Positions 61,995 through 64,000 of a stretch of 64,000 nucleotides of DNA are shown in pieces. Origin of the DNA: Hydrolagus affinis (Eukaryota). The DNA is taken from positions 1-64,000 of the forward strand of contig JAAILG010001327.1 in the NCBI GenBank assembly GCA_012026655.1, written 5' to 3'. The position numbers and the translations under genes are program-made. The notes under the pieces were generated by a model. It did not search any database. It had not been told where the DNA came from and saw only the letters and a list, made by a program, of their open reading frames with translations. How positions within the stretch are numbered: the first letter of the stretch is position 1; each line of letters starts with the position of its first letter.

Positions 61995-62414
61995 GTAATA
62001 AAACAGATTTAGTATTTTTTTTATCAATCTTTATGTTTGTATGTTTCAAGTACCAGAAATGTTGTGATTTAAAGAAGATAGATAATTAATCTGAGACTAC
62101 TCTGCCTATGGCATATTCCAGAATTTTCAGTTGTCATTGATTCAATAACGTATCCACAACTATTAAGGTACAATGCAACATCATTTGGGTCTAAAGACTT
62201 GTGCATTTGCCAGAGATGTACTTTGATTTACAAAATTGTCATTCCATGGCTCCATTCTTTTTCTTTGCAACAGTGAAAGATGTATTGTAACCAAATATAC
62301 CAGAATAACAAATTGAGTGGTGGAGGAGAGGAAACAATCAATTTTCCCTTGTGTTTCTTTTTCTCCTTTCTGATCACTGCTTTTTTGTATTGTTTCCCAT
62401 CTTTCCCACCCCTG

Positions 62415-62853
62415 TCCAGGACGCTTTCCTCCACCTCTGTCACGTTGCCCTCTTCCAACCATATCTTACCCCAATGGCAGCTGAAACCCTCATTCATGCG
62501 TTCATCATCTCCCACCTCGACAACTCGAATCCCTGCTTCTCATTGGTCTCCCCAGCTCCAATATTCAGTTAATCCAGACTGATCCTGCTTAATCCTTCTT
62601 GTCCTGTGTGCCCTCCGTTCCATCATCAGTGGTCGCACTTTCAGCCACTGCATTTACACTCTGAAACTCTGGATCACTCTCCCTCAATTCCTCTGCCTTG
62701 CTTCCTTCTTGCCCATCCTGTTCAACCATGTTAATGGCTAATGGTCATCTTTCCCCACTCGATGGCTCAGCATTAGGCTCTGCAACTGTCAAGTGATCTG
62801 AAGCGCTACAATATATCAGGGGTGATATATAATTGTAAGTTGTTATTGTTGTT
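62415..62853 (+). mobile_element. Decayed L2 fragment
   Basis: AETLIHAFIISHLD; (TTG)n tail. Confidence 0.75.
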
Positions 62854-63357
62854 ATGATCTTTGTTTCAAGTTTCGTGTTCTTTCCTTCCTTATTGCTTCT
62901 GTCTGGGTGTCATGTTAAGAATTTTTTTTCTTATGACCCACTGGATTCATTTAATGAAAAATCGTTAAGGAAGCCAAACCTGAGACTTGGAAAGCTGCAA
63001 AAATAAATACAAAGAGCAAGATAATAATTAGTCATTGAAGACTGTGGCAGGCATGCAAAGGGACATCCATGGAGCCTGAGCATTCTCTTTTCTAAACTTT
63101 CTTCTGCTTAGTTTTTCACATTATTCTTAGAAATCAGTTAGCACCAATTGAATTTATTTTTACCTGCAGCCCAAATTTCTCATTGTTTGGTCTTAAAAAC
63201 CGTGCTAAACTAGCTTCCAGATTAATACTGTGCTATCTTCAAAGATTTTCCAAAATGCTGCATGGTGTTAAATGTTAAGATAATCACCTGAAGTCCATGA
63301 AGTATGATGAGTCAGATTTGCTGGTCAAAATTGTGCCTAACGCAATGATGTGTGCAA

Positions 63358-63570
63358 ATAATAATAATAATAATCCTTGTATTTGATATAGCACTTTTCA
63401 CATTTTATCGACGTCTCAAAGCGCTTCACAGAATACACTGTAAAGTGAATTGACTGTATATTTGTGGGCGAAATGCAGCAGCCAACTGCGCTTAGCAGTG
63501 TCCTACAAACAGTCATGGATTGAAATGACCAATTTTATTGTTGTGTTTTTTTTTGACTGATTATTATTAC
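63358..63570 (-). mobile_element. SINE core and tail
   Basis: Reverse match to the SINE. Confidence 0.88.
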
Positions 63571-64000
63571 ATGTGCGATACATGCACACTTAGATCACTA
63601 GTCTTTTTCTTATTTAAAAAAAAATACAAAGATGATTACTTTTGACTCTTTCCAAGCCCATTGGTTGCAATGTACCTTTTTTTCATTGTTTTGTAATAAA
63701 GGTTTGGCTCAGAATACATCATTGGAACCTCTAATGTTCATCCAATTTTTTTTAAAAGCCCCTGGAATGGTGAGGTACAAGACTAAGGGGTTCAATTTAG
63801 GCTGATTTTGCAACATCGTTAAAATATTTTAATTACTTTTTCATTGGGTTTATAGTTTTTTGTCATAAATCTATAATCCAAACTTTTTTGTAGCCAATAA
63901 TGTAGACCTTTGTTTATACTGTAGGCATTATATGGGATTTTCAGTGACAATAATATTCTCATTAATGTGGTTGTCTCCTGAAGAATGCCTAAACAAACCA

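Noticed and set aside
63170-63280. Candidate next LRRIQ1 exon after a ctgcag acceptor
   Set aside because: No IQ-motif similarity, and the required frame reaches a stop without a convincing donor.

Overview
AT-rich vertebrate genomic DNA. The repeat content (Deu-type SINEs, L2/CR1 LINEs, Penelope-like tail) suggests a cartilaginous fish, possibly a chimaera; this is an inference. Two spliced genes are arranged head-to-head around a small CpG island at about 21.75-22.1 kb. On the minus strand is a tetraspanin of the TSPAN19 type (7 coding exons read, last exon not found and probably left of the window). On the plus strand is LRRIQ1 (15 coding exons read with consistent GT-AG phases, continuing past the window end). 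Introns hold tRNA-headed SINEs, older Deu-domain SINEs, 5'-truncated L2 and CR1 LINEs, Tc1/pogo-type and hAT MITEs, and a probable Helitron 3' end. No prokaryote-type system is present. The most unusual signals are: a composite retroelement built from 144-bp tandem units containing the SINE core; an L2 3' tail retained CpG-rich inside the bidirectional promoter; a 39-nt coding repeat making a long ER/K helix next to a degenerate IQ motif; a near-perfect 38-bp inverted repeat around decayed sequence; and a stop codon plus polyA signal overlapping a weak splice donor. Gene names rest on recalled similarity to the human proteins, not on a database search. Repeat boundaries are approximate.
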